64,000 nt of DNA from Escherichia phage vB_EcoM_ECO78. The stretch's first letter is position 1, and every line of letters begins with the position of its first letter. Positions 43,336-53,433 of this stretch are shown in pieces. The notes below the pieces were generated by a model. The model was not told the origin of the DNA, ran no database searches, and saw only the letters and a program-made list of their open reading frames with translations. The stretch is from sequence record PP526941.1, one strand, 5' to 3'. The position numbers and the translations under genes are program-made.

Positions 43336-43337
43336 AA

Positions 43338-43757
43338 TTATTCCTTAAAGTGTGCTTTCAACATCTGATACAAGGACCATGCCTGTTCATTATTTTCAAT
43401 AGTAACTTTCATGATAGGAAATTCTGTGAAATCTTCTATTTGTTCTTGCTCTTCCTGCTCTTGTTCTTCAGCAGCCTGATATGGATTTTCCACTTCATTA
43501 AAGAACCCAGCTTCGTTAGTAGAGAGCCAGATAAAGTTTTCGTCAAGGATATCACCATGTGTTGCATATCCAACTGTGCCAGTAGATGTCACAATTTTAG
43601 TAGGACGACCAAGATGGTCAACATCTAAAATTTTAAAAGGATGCATACCTAAACGTCGCGCATAGATTCCATTATCAGTATGGTCTTTAATAAAATTTTC
43701 TTGAGCTTGTTTATTTTTAAATTGATACCATTTATTAACTTCAAATCTAATAGCCAT
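43338..43757 (-). CDS. hypothetical protein with acidic [10 protein letters not shown] tract (139 aa, T4 goF position)
   Basis: ORF; low-complexity acidic segment. Confidence 0.5.
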   Translation of the reverse strand: MAIRFEVNKWYQFKNKQAQENFIKDHTDNGIYARRLGMHPFKILDVDHLGRPTKIVTSTGTVGYATHGDILDENFIWLSTNEAGFFNEVENPYQAAEEQEQEEQEQIEDFTEFPIMKVTIENNEQAWSLYQMLKAHFKE

Positions 43758-43972
43758 TAATAAATTTCCTTCCAGTAAGTTGTGCCATCTTCAGTAATTT
43801 CACGGAATACACCGTAAATAGGTTGTTTATCACCAACCTTTTCATACACATAAACCGAAGTCAAGTGAGTAAACTTAACGGTGTGTTCCTTTTGAACTAC
43901 TACCAAATCTGGATCGAATAATACATCTTCAAATTCGTCATTAGTGCAATTCTGAACATTTTTACGTTTCAT
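43757..43972 (-). CDS. hypothetical protein (71 aa, size and position of T4 cef)
   Basis: ORF with ATGA overlap to downstream gene. Confidence 0.5.
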   Translation of the reverse strand: MKRKNVQNCTNDEFEDVLFDPDLVVVQKEHTVKFTHLTSVYVYEKVGDKQPIYGVFREITEDGTTYWKEIY

Positions 43973-44149
43973 TACAATTTCCTCATTAATTGAACATTGG
44001 AGCGATGCGTTTCAGAAGAGTGACAGCACCTTTGGCAAATTTTCCATTTTATTCTCCAAGTTGTTTTCTGTATCAGTAGTTGATATTGATATAGTACCAT
44101 AATCAACTACTGATGTATATAGTTTTATGAAAAAAAAAAAAATTAAACT

Positions 44150-44647
44150 TTATGCACAGCGGGCTTTGCTATAGTGTTTAATCCAACTTTCAGGAATGAC
44201 TTTGTATGTTCCTAAAAATACCGCGTTGTATAACTTAACACCATCTTCTACCCATTGATCGGTAATGTATGCACACATAGCACGAGTACGATGTTTTTGA
44301 ACAACCCCTTCCTCATCTTCGGTAAATTCGAATTCATAAGGAGCAATAAACTTAATAGCCTGACCGAGTTTCCACTTAAAGTCTACACCTACATGCGAAG
44401 TATCAATCGTTTCAATTCCTTTAGCAGGAACAGCTTTCAAAAACGCAGACTCAAGAAATTTCGCACGAACATAGCCAAACTGGGGTTTAGACTTTCCATC
44501 TTTAGGAATGATACGCACTTTTACTTCAGAATCTTCATATTTAACACCATGTTTAAGCTGAATGCTTACAATTTCAACCAATTTTCCTGCTGCTTTAGAA
44601 CGGGATTTATCAGATACACGAGCTAATTCACCAATATTAATAATCAT
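44150..44647 (-). CDS. hypothetical protein (165 aa, T4 motB position)
   Basis: ORF; C-terminal block shared with the upstream paralog. Confidence 0.5.
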   Translation of the reverse strand: MIINIGELARVSDKSRSKAAGKLVEIVSIQLKHGVKYEDSEVKVRIIPKDGKSKPQFGYVRAKFLESAFLKAVPAKGIETIDTSHVGVDFKWKLGQAIKFIAPYEFEFTEDEEGVVQKHRTRAMCAYITDQWVEDGVKLYNAVFLGTYKVIPESWIKHYSKARCA

Positions 44648-44691
44648 AGTTATCTCTCACTTGTTAAAAAGATTTTATACTCCACAGGACC

Positions 44692-44721
44692 ATTATACTC
44701 TGGTCCCAAGAGTTTGTAAAC
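44692..44721 (-). promoter_or_regulatory. early promoter (GTTTACA -35, TATAAT -10)
   Basis: Repeated promoter pattern. Confidence 0.5.
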
Positions 44722-44723
44722 TA

Positions 44724-45266
44724 TTAATTCAAAATAGCTACAACCGCACTACGGGGTACTACGCTAAAATCACCTGCATGAACAACGTTCAGAAGTTCAA
44801 CGCCATCTTCAATCCACTGGTCTGTTACCCATCCACAGACCGAAATAAATGGGGTCTTAATAGCTACAGCACGAGTTAGAAGGTCAGTAGGATCGCATTC
44901 TTGGAAGAGGATAAGCTCTGCTTCAAAGACTATAGTTTTAATTACTTCATCATTATCTAAGCGTTGTGCTCGAATCACATAAGCTTTATTCTTATCGTGC
45001 CAGTTACTTTTTGAAAAACTTTTAACCACAAACTCGCCTTCACCAAAAACACTAGTCAATGCTTTATAACCCAAACTTAGTTCAGTAGTTTTAATTTCAG
45101 TTTCAACCAGTTTGTAGATTTTGCCAATTTCAATGGTCCGAGCAGTCATAAAGGTTTCCTTAATTTCTAATGGTTTAACAAGAGTGCCGTGCATGCTTGC
45201 TATATCCATATCAAATATTTTATCTATAGGATTTGGGGTGTATTCAGGATTATAATTAAATTTCAT
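44724..45266 (-). CDS. hypothetical protein (180 aa), paralog of 44150..44647
   Basis: Shared motif TDQW(V/I)EDGV(K/E)L.N.V. Confidence 0.5.
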   Translation of the reverse strand: MKFNYNPEYTPNPIDKIFDMDIASMHGTLVKPLEIKETFMTARTIEIGKIYKLVETEIKTTELSLGYKALTSVFGEGEFVVKSFSKSNWHDKNKAYVIRAQRLDNDEVIKTIVFEAELILFQECDPTDLLTRAVAIKTPFISVCGWVTDQWIEDGVELLNVVHAGDFSVVPRSAVVAILN

Positions 45267-45268
45267 AA

Positions 45269-45781
45269 TTATCTCATTTCAATAAAATCTACAAGTTCAG
45301 CATGGGATTTGCGGAACATTACTTGGTGTCCGCCAATGATAACTTCATCTTCAGGAACTTCATAAATCGCAATGTACATTCCACGATCTTTTAAGTCTTC
45401 ACGCTCTTCTCGGGTGAACCATCTCATCATATCATATTCACTAGCGAAAGCAAAATGGTATAATGCAATAAACCGCGATGGAATATACCTTTCAGACGGT
45501 GAATAATTTTTATCCCATTTAGTTTTAATAACATCATTAGCATTTTCAACTAATAACTTATCATCGTGTGGAATAGGAATACTTTCATGGCTTTCATAAT
45601 TATCGCTATGATGATGAAATGACGATGAATTAATACCGCAAAATTTTAGCCAAGTTCGAGTTTTCATAGAATCAAATCCACGATAAGGAGTTGATTGAAC
45701 GCATAACTCTTGCCTAATTTTCACTATACCACTATCATCATTTAATGCGCTAAACGATGATTCAACACGATAAATTTTCAT
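45269..45781 (-). CDS. hypothetical protein (170 aa from MKIYRVESSF)
   Basis: Track N-terminus crosses the promoter; ATG at 45779-45781 with GAGGA RBS. Confidence 0.45.
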   Translation of the reverse strand: MKIYRVESSFSALNDDSGIVKIRQELCVQSTPYRGFDSMKTRTWLKFCGINSSSFHHHSDNYESHESIPIPHDDKLLVENANDVIKTKWDKNYSPSERYIPSRFIALYHFAFASEYDMMRWFTREEREDLKDRGMYIAIYEVPEDEVIIGGHQVMFRKSHAELVDFIEMR

Positions 45782-45808
45782 TTTATTATCCTCAGTAGCT
45801 ATGGTGTT

Positions 45809-45838
45809 ATAGTACCACAACTAACCGAGGAAGTAAAC
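45809..45838 (-). promoter_or_regulatory. early promoter (GTTTACT -35, TACTAT -10)
   Basis: Repeated promoter pattern. Confidence 0.5.
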
Positions 45839-45844
45839 AACTTT

Positions 45845-46528
45845 TTATCGTTTTGTTGGAAGAGATAGAGGATCGCACTCTTCCTCTGACGGAGCATCTT
45901 CAAGACCCATAGCATACCGCAAAGCATACTTCATCATCAGGATGTCTTTCGCGCAGTCATGAATAGAATCATGTGCAACGAATCCATCTAAAGTTCCCTT
46001 TGGAAGAGGACATGTAGTCATATCACGAACAAGCAGAAGTGCTTCAATTCTAGTACGAATATCACGTTGATTCCAGAATTTACATGGTTCTAACTTAAAT
46101 GTGTCAAGTTCATTCTCAGAAACGCCGTTAAGACGCTGAATATCGCGAATAAGATCGACTAAAATTGGAAAATCAAATGACATTCCACGGCACCAGCCTT
46201 GAGATTTCCAAGGATCGATGTTATGTGCATTAATGTAATCATTAAATTTTGCAATACCATCGATAGTGCTTACATCTTCATTTGATGGCGCAATATTTTT
46301 TCGAGCTTCAGGAGACTGATTTTTCCACCATTCAATAGTGCTTTTAGTAAAAAGACGATGTCCTTTTTGGCTTTTTAAATCAAACTTGATTTTAATGCCA
46401 CGTGAAACTAATTCATCAAAGGATTCAACTACTTCTGGATTAGGGTCAAAGGCAATAACAGCTAAGTCAATAACAGCTGCTTTTTCACCGCTTCCCATTG
46501 TTTCAAAATCTATAATAAAATCAAACAT
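45845..46528 (-). CDS. dexA: exonuclease A (DnaQ-like 3'-5' exonuclease, 227 aa)
   Basis: DFETMG exo I motif; T4 dexA size and position next to dda. Confidence 0.8.
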   Translation of the reverse strand: MFDFIIDFETMGSGEKAAVIDLAVIAFDPNPEVVESFDELVSRGIKIKFDLKSQKGHRLFTKSTIEWWKNQSPEARKNIAPSNEDVSTIDGIAKFNDYINAHNIDPWKSQGWCRGMSFDFPILVDLIRDIQRLNGVSENELDTFKLEPCKFWNQRDIRTRIEALLLVRDMTTCPLPKGTLDGFVAHDSIHDCAKDILMMKYALRYAMGLEDAPSEEECDPLSLPTKR

Positions 46529-46803
46529 TAAATTTTCCTCGCTAAATCGCGAATTTGACCTACAGTATAATCTTGGATATAAACTTTATTAATGGGCTCA
46601 TCAATAAATTTTGCCATAGATTCAATATCTTTTTGTATCTCTTCAAGACTGTATACTATCTTTAAAGCTTTTTCGCGAATAGTAACATTATCAGGTCCTG
46701 GATTTTCTTGAATGACAGCTTTAACATTTGCCATAAGAGATTTAAACTGATGCAAACTCAATTCAATCATTAATAACCGCCTTATAAAGATGGCTAATTT
46801 CAC
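46528..46803 (-). CDS. hypothetical protein (91 aa)
   Basis: ORF; similar to adjacent 86-aa ORF. Confidence 0.45.
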   Translation of the reverse strand: MKLAIFIRRLLMIELSLHQFKSLMANVKAVIQENPGPDNVTIREKALKIVYSLEEIQKDIESMAKFIDEPINKVYIQDYTVGQIRDLARKI

Positions 46804-47023
46804 CTAAAATATAATCACTAATTGTAACAGTTTTCACTTCACCGCAAAAGAATTCTAACGCAATCAAATCTCGTTCAATTTCTTCCAATTGAAGCATTAA
46901 CTTGCCTGATTCAATTTTCACGTTTTTGCGATTTTTACTATAAGCTATTTCATAAATTTCGCTCACTTTATCTTGAAGCAGATAAAACTGATCTTTAGTT
47001 ATTTCCACGAATAGCTTCCTCAA
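46763..47023 (-). CDS. hypothetical protein (86 aa)
   Basis: ORF; shares LEEI(Q/E)(K/R)D motif with neighbour. Confidence 0.45.
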   Translation of the reverse strand: MRKLFVEITKDQFYLLQDKVSEIYEIAYSKNRKNVKIESGKLMLQLEEIERDLIALEFFCGEVKTVTISDYILGEISHLYKAVIND

Positions 47024-47255
47024 ATTTAATCAGCAGCTTACAGACACTTTCATCTAGCGTAATTACCGTGTCTGTGTTACTGTGATATGATTGTTTTTCA
47101 ATTCGTTTAATTGCTAGTATAGTATCACTTATAAGATTAAGCTTATAAAGGAGCTCAGCTCCTGTTATCATAACACTGAGGTTATCTTGCTTATCAGTAT
47201 GCTTCTTTATACCATCTATTAGACGATTTAAATATTTTGAATTGATGTTAATCAT
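46995..47255 (-). CDS. hypothetical protein (86 aa)
   Basis: ORF directly downstream of dda. Confidence 0.45.
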   Translation of the reverse strand: MININSKYLNRLIDGIKKHTDKQDNLSVMITGAELLYKLNLISDTILAIKRIEKQSYHSNTDTVITLDESVCKLLIKFEEAIRGNN

Positions 47256-47261
47256 ATATCC

Positions 47262-48581
47262 TCACACATAAAACACATCATAACGACCACGAGTGACACC
47301 AACATAAAGAAGCTGCTGAGCCAATTCAGCATCTGCATAATGAATACAAGGTGTATAGATGAAAGCACGGTCTACAGACATGCCCTGAGCTTTATGGAAT
47401 GTTGATGCAGGAAGTGCTTTCACTTTACTAAACTGTGATTTAGCATCCCAAAAATCACTCCACGGAGCTTTTCCACCTTTATTCCAATTTTTATACGTTT
47501 CTGCCGTTTTACCTAAAAATAAGTTAAACTTATACAGCTCTTCATCAGATGAAATTATTTTAATCTTTTCACGATAATATTCATCATCGCCGTAAGTTTC
47601 TACTGTTAAATCCCAATGACGAATTAGATATTCTCCAGAAACACCATGAGCTTTAACAAATGTTGATGTATACTCTGCTTCTATAATACGAACTAATTGT
47701 CCGTTATTAAAAATAATTTCTGACACAGGCTTTCCATCAATCTTATATGTTTTAATTAATGGTTCCTGCATTACGATAATTTCACCAACGATAAAATCTT
47801 TATCAGTTTCAAAAATCTTTTTGCGAATAATGCTATTTAACTTGTCGACAGATTTATTCGTAAATGCCATTACGCGATTTTCAAACAAATCATCTAGCGA
47901 TTTTACGATTGAAAAATAATTTACCATAAAATCGCGTAAAGCGGTATCACCAGTAAATCCACGTACTCCATGCCCGTCAACAACTTTATCATAAATCCAC
48001 TTACCGTTGCGAACATCAGTAGCTACATCAATAATAGGAGCATTACTGCGTTTAACTTCAGTGAGTTCACACTGATAAAAATCTTTATGCGTAAAGAATG
48101 GACTGATATAAGCAGTGTTTTCTCCTGGGTCAACAGGTCTAATTTGCTTATTATCGCCTATTCCAATTATAGTACACCACGGCGGGATAGTTGAAAGCAG
48201 AATTTTAAATAGCTTTCTATCATACATTGACACTTCGTCGCAGATTAATACTCTACATTTAGCTAAATCCGGTACTTCTTTTTGTTCAAAAAGAACGTTT
48301 TCTTCATATGTTACCGGGTTAATTTTGAGAATACTGTGAATAGTACTCGCTTCTTTCCCTGATAGTTTTGAAAGAATCTTTTTAGCTGCATGAGTAGGAG
48401 CTGCTAAAATAATGCCAGTTTCGCCTGTAGATATTAAAGCTTCAATGATGAACTTAGTAAGAGTAGTCTTACCAGTACCAGCAGGTCCATTAATAGTTAC
48501 ATGATGTTTCTTTTCTTTAATAGCCCTCATAACGATGTTAAAGGCATTTTTCTGGCCTTCTGTCAAATCATCAAATGTCAT
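47262..48581 (-). CDS. dda: Dda DNA helicase (SF1B, 439 aa)
   Basis: Walker A GPAGTGKTT; T4 Dda size. Confidence 0.9.
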   Translation of the reverse strand: MTFDDLTEGQKNAFNIVMRAIKEKKHHVTINGPAGTGKTTLTKFIIEALISTGETGIILAAPTHAAKKILSKLSGKEASTIHSILKINPVTYEENVLFEQKEVPDLAKCRVLICDEVSMYDRKLFKILLSTIPPWCTIIGIGDNKQIRPVDPGENTAYISPFFTHKDFYQCELTEVKRSNAPIIDVATDVRNGKWIYDKVVDGHGVRGFTGDTALRDFMVNYFSIVKSLDDLFENRVMAFTNKSVDKLNSIIRKKIFETDKDFIVGEIIVMQEPLIKTYKIDGKPVSEIIFNNGQLVRIIEAEYTSTFVKAHGVSGEYLIRHWDLTVETYGDDEYYREKIKIISSDEELYKFNLFLGKTAETYKNWNKGGKAPWSDFWDAKSQFSKVKALPASTFHKAQGMSVDRAFIYTPCIHYADAELAQQLLYVGVTRGRYDVFYV

Positions 48582-48889
48582 CGTAAATTCCCTGCAATTG
48601 GTATACTAACAATACGCCCAGTATCTAAAATTCGCCGATATAATCTTTGTGTGTCTACATCAGGCTTAACATGTTTAACTTCTATTTTATTAAACCAAAA
48701 CTTGCGTGGAGTCTCGACTAATCTCGGAATTCCCATACCTAAAGCTAGTCGATACTGCTCTTTAAGAGTGGTAAATACTTTATCAGCAATCTCCCTTTCA
48801 AAAAATACAGCAGGACGATGTTCATCAAGCGGAACTGGCACCGCAAATCCATCTTTATCTCTATACACTATCGCATATACATAAAACAT
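48578..48889 (-). CDS. hypothetical protein (103 aa)
   Basis: ORF overlapping dda start. Confidence 0.5.
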   Translation of the reverse strand: MFYVYAIVYRDKDGFAVPVPLDEHRPAVFFEREIADKVFTTLKEQYRLALGMGIPRLVETPRKFWFNKIEVKHVKPDVDTQRLYRRILDTGRIVSIPIAGNLR

Positions 48890-48890
48890 A

Positions 48891-49637
48891 TTATCCTCGG
48901 ATAAGTTTAAAAATTGAACAATTTAGCGGGTATCCTCTTTTCAGTTTAAGTTTATCAATAAAAGACAAGTTTTGATACCGCTCTACACCTTGAATAATTT
49001 TATCACACATATCATATTGCATTTCTGCTTCTGACAACTTTTTCACAGTTTTCCAGTCAGAGCCTTTAAGAAGAACGTTCAATTTAACAACTTCAGCGCC
49101 TTCTGCTATACGAGAACCATCAATACGAGCTTTAAGCGCTATAATCGTTAGCTTAATGTCAGAGGTTTGTTTTGATTTAGAAAGCTGAGAAATGTGTTCA
49201 ATTCGGTTTTCACGTTTTTTCTGTATAGCTTTAATTTGATTATAAGTCTTTTTGATTTTAGCCCATTTCTTTTCATCTAAATTTAGTTTATGAACTTTTT
49301 TCGCAGATGAACGACCAATTCGCAAAGCAAATAAATCACGCTTTTCAATCAACTCTTCTAAAGTATAATCAGAACGAAATGTATTATACTTTTTCTTTAC
49401 TGCAATAACATTCCCTTTAATGTATCCAACGTTATTATCAAAACGTTCTAATGATAATTTCTCTCCTTCAATACGATTATCAAAAGGTTCTCCCGAGTAA
49501 GCGCAAACTTTCTGATCTAAAATGTTCTTAATGTAATTGAAGTCTAAGTTAAAATCTTTAGAACGTCTTTTAGCAGATGCCTGAGTATGCTCTAGACGAC
49601 GTGTAATTTTACGAATTTGATTTTTAGACAGTTTCAT
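48891..49637 (-). CDS. hypothetical basic protein (248 aa, T4 srd position)
   Basis: ORF downstream of promoter at 49668-49697. Confidence 0.5.
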   Translation of the reverse strand: MKLSKNQIRKITRRLEHTQASAKRRSKDFNLDFNYIKNILDQKVCAYSGEPFDNRIEGEKLSLERFDNNVGYIKGNVIAVKKKYNTFRSDYTLEELIEKRDLFALRIGRSSAKKVHKLNLDEKKWAKIKKTYNQIKAIQKKRENRIEHISQLSKSKQTSDIKLTIIALKARIDGSRIAEGAEVVKLNVLLKGSDWKTVKKLSEAEMQYDMCDKIIQGVERYQNLSFIDKLKLKRGYPLNCSIFKLIRG

Positions 49638-49667
49638 ATTTTTCTCACGGACGGGTTAACTACTTAT

Positions 49668-49697
49668 ACTATAACATTTTTACTTCAGCTTGTAAAC
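49668..49697 (-). promoter_or_regulatory. early promoter (GTTTACA -35, TATAGT -10)
   Basis: Repeated promoter pattern. Confidence 0.5.
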
Positions 49698-49753
49698 AAC
49701 TTTATGAAAAATGCTTTAAAACTTTCATGGTATAATGAATCTAAGTCCTTCCA

Positions 49754-50356
49754 TTATAGATTAAATCCTTCGAAATCAAGAGTATAAATAGTGTATGTTG
49801 AATACTTTTTATACTCGTATCTATCCGCAATTCTAAATACACTTCCAGCTGGTATCATTACTTCTTGTTCATCTGAAACTAATTCCATATTACGATAGCG
49901 ATGGCTATCCGGAAATTTAAAACTCGGGCTATATTCTTTACAACGTAAAGCCTTTATAGCATACTCCTGGAAATTAAACACCATAGGAGCTTTGAATTCA
50001 AAAATAACTTGTGTATTGTATTCTAATCCAGAAGCAAAATGTAGAGCTATATTTTTATCATATGAAGCTGATACTACTTTATCAAATATAATAATATCAA
50101 TTCCTTGATTTAACACCTGTTTAGTCTCAACTGGAACACCTCTCCAAAGAGGTTTATCGTTTGGTTCCAAACGAGATTTGATTATTTCATTTAACCAAGA
50201 ATGATCGTCTGGCTTATTAGTAATACAATGAATTAAAAGTTCAATTTCGGATAAATTAAATCCTTCAGAAAGTAATTCTTCACGAATAGAAGCACGCACC
50301 GATGCATCCATTGATTTTATTTTAAAATCTTTTAATTGCATTGCTGAATATTTCAT
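49754..50356 (-). CDS. modA: ADP-ribosyltransferase ModA (200 aa)
   Basis: Size and position; paralogous to adjacent ModB. Confidence 0.75.
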   Translation of the reverse strand: MKYSAMQLKDFKIKSMDASVRASIREELLSEGFNLSEIELLIHCITNKPDDHSWLNEIIKSRLEPNDKPLWRGVPVETKQVLNQGIDIIIFDKVVSASYDKNIALHFASGLEYNTQVIFEFKAPMVFNFQEYAIKALRCKEYSPSFKFPDSHRYRNMELVSDEQEVMIPAGSVFRIADRYEYKKYSTYTIYTLDFEGFNL

Positions 50357-50976
50357 TCAACTACCTCAATATCATATACTTTAAATGTTCCAAATGAATC
50401 GTGTAATTTTTCTTTTGAAATAGAAGTTATTTTATATTTTCCAATTGGAATCATCCATTCTTGTTCACGTACAATCATCATTAAGTTATCAGTACGTTCT
50501 GAATCTAATCCATCAGTATCTTCATATGTATACTTAAACTCAGTATTAGGAGAAGAAAGTATAATATCGCTGATATGGTCAGAATAATTAAAAGCTTTAT
50601 CAGTTTTTAAGCGAAATATTATTTCAGTGGAATATTCAACATAAGAAAAACCACATGCTGTGTGCAAACTAGTAGTAAATGAATCTACCCTATTCGTTGA
50701 AAACACTTCTCCGACTTGTAAATCTTTAATGAGTTCTTTTGTCGATTTTGATATACCACGATATAGCTGATAAGGTGATTTAGTTAAATGCTTTTTAACG
50801 ATTTTATTCAACTGCTGATGAAGAGCTTCATTCTTTTTGGCTTCCATACATTGCCAAAGAATTGACTGTTCAAAGTCAGTAAATTTTTCACAAACCTTTT
50901 TATACATATCATATTGAAAATCAACGCTTTCAGCTTTTATAGATAACTGTTCAACATCTGCAAGATTAATAATCAT
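50353..50976 (-). CDS. modB: ADP-ribosyltransferase ModB (207 aa)
   Basis: Size and position; ATGA overlap with modA. Confidence 0.75.
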   Translation of the reverse strand: MIINLADVEQLSIKAESVDFQYDMYKKVCEKFTDFEQSILWQCMEAKKNEALHQQLNKIVKKHLTKSPYQLYRGISKSTKELIKDLQVGEVFSTNRVDSFTTSLHTACGFSYVEYSTEIIFRLKTDKAFNYSDHISDIILSSPNTEFKYTYEDTDGLDSERTDNLMMIVREQEWMIPIGKYKITSISKEKLHDSFGTFKVYDIEVVE

Positions 50977-51002
50977 GATAGCCTCCGTATACTTCAGAAG
51001 CT

Positions 51003-51032
51003 ATCATATCATTGTTAGGAAGGAAAGTAAAC
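51003..51032 (-). promoter_or_regulatory. early promoter (GTTTACT -35, TATGAT -10)
   Basis: Repeated promoter pattern upstream of modB. Confidence 0.45.
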
Positions 51033-51043
51033 AACTTTTTGAA

Positions 51044-51226
51044 TTATTTTGCCCAGGGAGCCCAAGGCGGAGGGTCAAGATGGTATGAAGCTAGTTCTTC
51101 TAGAAGAGCATCTGGGGCTTCAATTCCATAATTCTGTAATACTATACGGTACTCTTTCTTATAATCACTAGAATCATTCTGGATATTCGTAGAATGATTA
51201 TCTTCTAACATCTCAAATAAATCCAT
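51044..51226 (-). CDS. hypothetical protein (60 aa)
   Basis: ORF. Confidence 0.4.
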   Translation of the reverse strand: MDLFEMLEDNHSTNIQNDSSDYKKEYRIVLQNYGIEAPDALLEELASYHLDPPPWAPWAK

Positions 51227-51234
51227 ATTAATTC

Positions 51235-51705
51235 CTAGCGATAAAAACCAAAATGACGATTAGCTTCAATAATCTTTCTTTCTTCTTCGGACATTCTCCA
51301 GCGTAGTCCAACATCAAAATGAGCCCAGACCATCTTAACAAATGCATTTATATCTTTAATATCTTCAATAATGAATGTTTTACTTTTAGAAGGTTGACTA
51401 GCTAATTTAACTTTATCGTCTTCAAACAGGTCAAAAAGACCATATTCATGAGCTCTTTTATAGCCTTTAATAGTTAAAGCTTCAGAAGAAGAAAACGGTG
51501 AATCAGTATTCTGTAAAATATCTTCAGTATGCTTTATAATTAGAATAACATTTTCTGGATATTTTCTTTCTTTTATATCTTTAATTAAAATATCCGGATT
51601 TTCTGCTAAAGGAATAATTAATGAGCACTTTTTATCAAGTGTATTTACTGATTTACCTTCTTTAGACATAAATTCTATTGAATAATGTTTTGCTACTTCA
51701 ATCAT
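51235..51705 (-). CDS. hypothetical protein (156 aa)
   Basis: ORF. Confidence 0.5.
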   Translation of the reverse strand: MIEVAKHYSIEFMSKEGKSVNTLDKKCSLIIPLAENPDILIKDIKERKYPENVILIIKHTEDILQNTDSPFSSSEALTIKGYKRAHEYGLFDLFEDDKVKLASQPSKSKTFIIEDIKDINAFVKMVWAHFDVGLRWRMSEEERKIIEANRHFGFYR

Positions 51706-51858
51706 GTGATTTCCTCTTGCCTACTAATGGGCCGTCAGGAATTTTGTTTTCCTGGATATATTTCTCATTTTCTTCCATCATTTTACTACCGATTTTAAGA
51801 AGCAAATCCATTGCTTCATTTGCTTTAGCTTTAGCCTCTTCTAATGTCATATCTCTGT

Positions 51859-52062
51859 TCACGATTTATCCCCATAGATGTCTCTCATCAATTTAAGCGC
51901 TGAGCGTTCTAATTTCTTTTCTTTCTCAGCACTAATCATTGATTTCATCCATTCTTCCGATTCGTTCTGCATTTCTTTATTTGCTTGTTCAACCCAACCA
52001 TCATCAATATACATTGAGTTTGGTCTATTGAACCATTCAAGCATTTTCTTCAGAACTTTCAT
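51859..52062 (-). CDS. hypothetical protein (67 aa)
   Basis: ORF. Confidence 0.4.
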   Translation of the reverse strand: MKVLKKMLEWFNRPNSMYIDDGWVEQANKEMQNESEEWMKSMISAEKEKKLERSALKLMRDIYGDKS

Positions 52063-52534
52063 TTGTTTTACCTAAAACAATAGTAGGAGCATCGTCAAAT
52101 TCATGAATTTTTAGCAATTTTGGATTTAAATTATTCCATACATAATAAATAAAGTATGATAAAGCATCTTCACTCGCAATTATAAATTTATTTCCTTTAT
52201 CTATTTTCCAGTCATATACTGAATCGTACGAATAAAAAGATAAAGGGTTATCATTATATTGTTCTGCGCTAACATTGATGTATTCGGATTTAGTAAATGC
52301 TTCAATTGCTCTAAACGGACTATTTGGCACAGTTTCAATAATTCCGATCTTTTTAAGTTTTATTTCAGCATCTTCTGGAACTGGCATTGAAACGAAATTT
52401 TCTACGAGATACATAGGGTTACGATAACCCTTATCAATCATTACGGCTACAGTAATTGGAACATCTTTAGCAAATGACATGCTATTACTGCTAATATACA
52501 TTTCAAACAAAATCGCTTCCATAATTTTCCTCAA
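52037..52534 (-). CDS. hypothetical protein (165 aa)
   Basis: ORF. Confidence 0.5.
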   Translation of the reverse strand: MRKIMEAILFEMYISSNSMSFAKDVPITVAVMIDKGYRNPMYLVENFVSMPVPEDAEIKLKKIGIIETVPNSPFRAIEAFTKSEYINVSAEQYNDNPLSFYSYDSVYDWKIDKGNKFIIASEDALSYFIYYVWNNLNPKLLKIHEFDDAPTIVLGKTNESSEENA

Positions 52535-52869
52535 TCACAAGATGTAGATGAACAACTAGAATCACAAGAACTTCCACATGAATCTCCCGTCCATACATGA
52601 ACAGGAACATTAGTATCATATGAATCAGAACTAGACTGTGTATTCTGTGTATTAGATGATGTAGGTGTTGACCAGCGCCAAGGATTTTTATAATATTCTT
52701 GGGCTTCTTCATAAGTCATAGTAACTGCTTCTACTGTTCCATCTCCCATATAAACATACTCAACTACAGTTAAAGGAAGGTAGTCATTTGAAATAGGAAC
52801 TACACCTTCCCCAGGAGTTGTAGAGAAAAAATCCGTAAAGAAACTTTTAAACCAATTAAAGATAAACAT
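52531..52869 (-). CDS. hypothetical protein with Ser/Cys-rich C-terminal tail (112 aa)
   Basis: ORF ending ...[18 protein letters not shown]. Confidence 0.5.
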   Translation of the reverse strand: MFIFNWFKSFFTDFFSTTPGEGVVPISNDYLPLTVVEYVYMGDGTVEAVTMTYEEAQEYYKNPWRWSTPTSSNTQNTQSSSDSYDTNVPVHVWTGDSCGSSCDSSCSSTSCD

Positions 52870-53075
52870 TACAAAAAGCCTCTTTTGAATTCAACTTGCT
52901 TTTCACCATAATCGTATCGAATCTCTGCATTAAATTCGACAGAACCATCTGCATACATCATAAATGAATGCACAACAACTTCTGTAGACCATGGCTGTAG
53001 TTCATATTTTTTCATTACATGCCGTGAAATGATAATATCTAAATCTTCATTTGGTTTAATCCAGCGATTTAACAT
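52869..53075 (-). CDS. hypothetical protein (68 aa)
   Basis: ORF downstream of promoter at 53102-53131. Confidence 0.45.
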   Translation of the reverse strand: MLNRWIKPNEDLDIIISRHVMKKYELQPWSTEVVVHSFMMYADGSVEFNAEIRYDYGEKQVEFKRGFL

Positions 53076-53101
53076 AGTGCTCTCCTCTATAAGATAATTC
53101 T

Positions 53102-53131
53102 ATTATACCATACTCATTGTGGAAAGTAAAC
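53102..53131 (-). promoter_or_regulatory. early promoter (GTTTACT -35, TATAAT -10)
   Basis: Repeated promoter pattern. Confidence 0.5.
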
Positions 53132-53141
53132 CGGTAAAATG

Positions 53142-53166
53142 AAAAAAGGACTCCCGAAGGAGTCCT
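53142..53166 (-). terminator. rho-independent terminator after soc (identical hairpin to 611-630)
   Basis: AGGACUCC-UUCG-GGAGUCCU plus U-run on minus transcript. Confidence 0.6.
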
Positions 53167-53171
53167 TGAAT

Positions 53172-53417
53172 TTATTCACCAGTTACTTTCCACAAATCTT
53201 CGTTTGCAGTAATCCATTCAGTACGTTGATTTTCTTCATATACTGTAGAATATGCTGCTTTTTCTGAAGGGAATATCTGATAATGAGCGCCAGAAATTTT
53301 GTGAACGTCAGAATAAAGAGGGAAAGCTACAGAAATTTCCTTTCCTTCAATTTTCTTATTTCCATCTAATTTTTGCTCAAATGTTTTAATATTAACATAA
53401 CCGCGAGTACTAGCCAT
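53172..53417 (-). CDS. soc: Soc small outer capsid protein (81 aa)
   Basis: Sequence MASTRGYVNIKTFEQKLDGNKK matches T4 Soc. Confidence 0.9.
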   Translation of the reverse strand: MASTRGYVNIKTFEQKLDGNKKIEGKEISVAFPLYSDVHKISGAHYQIFPSEKAAYSTVYEENQRTEWITANEDLWKVTGE

Positions 53418-53433
53418 GTAATTCTCCTTTTAT

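Noticed and set aside
52503-52712. His-rich 69-aa minus ORF ([25 protein letters not shown]...)
   Set aside because: Overlaps the better-supported 52531..52869 and 52037..52534 frames; likely an out-of-frame artefact.
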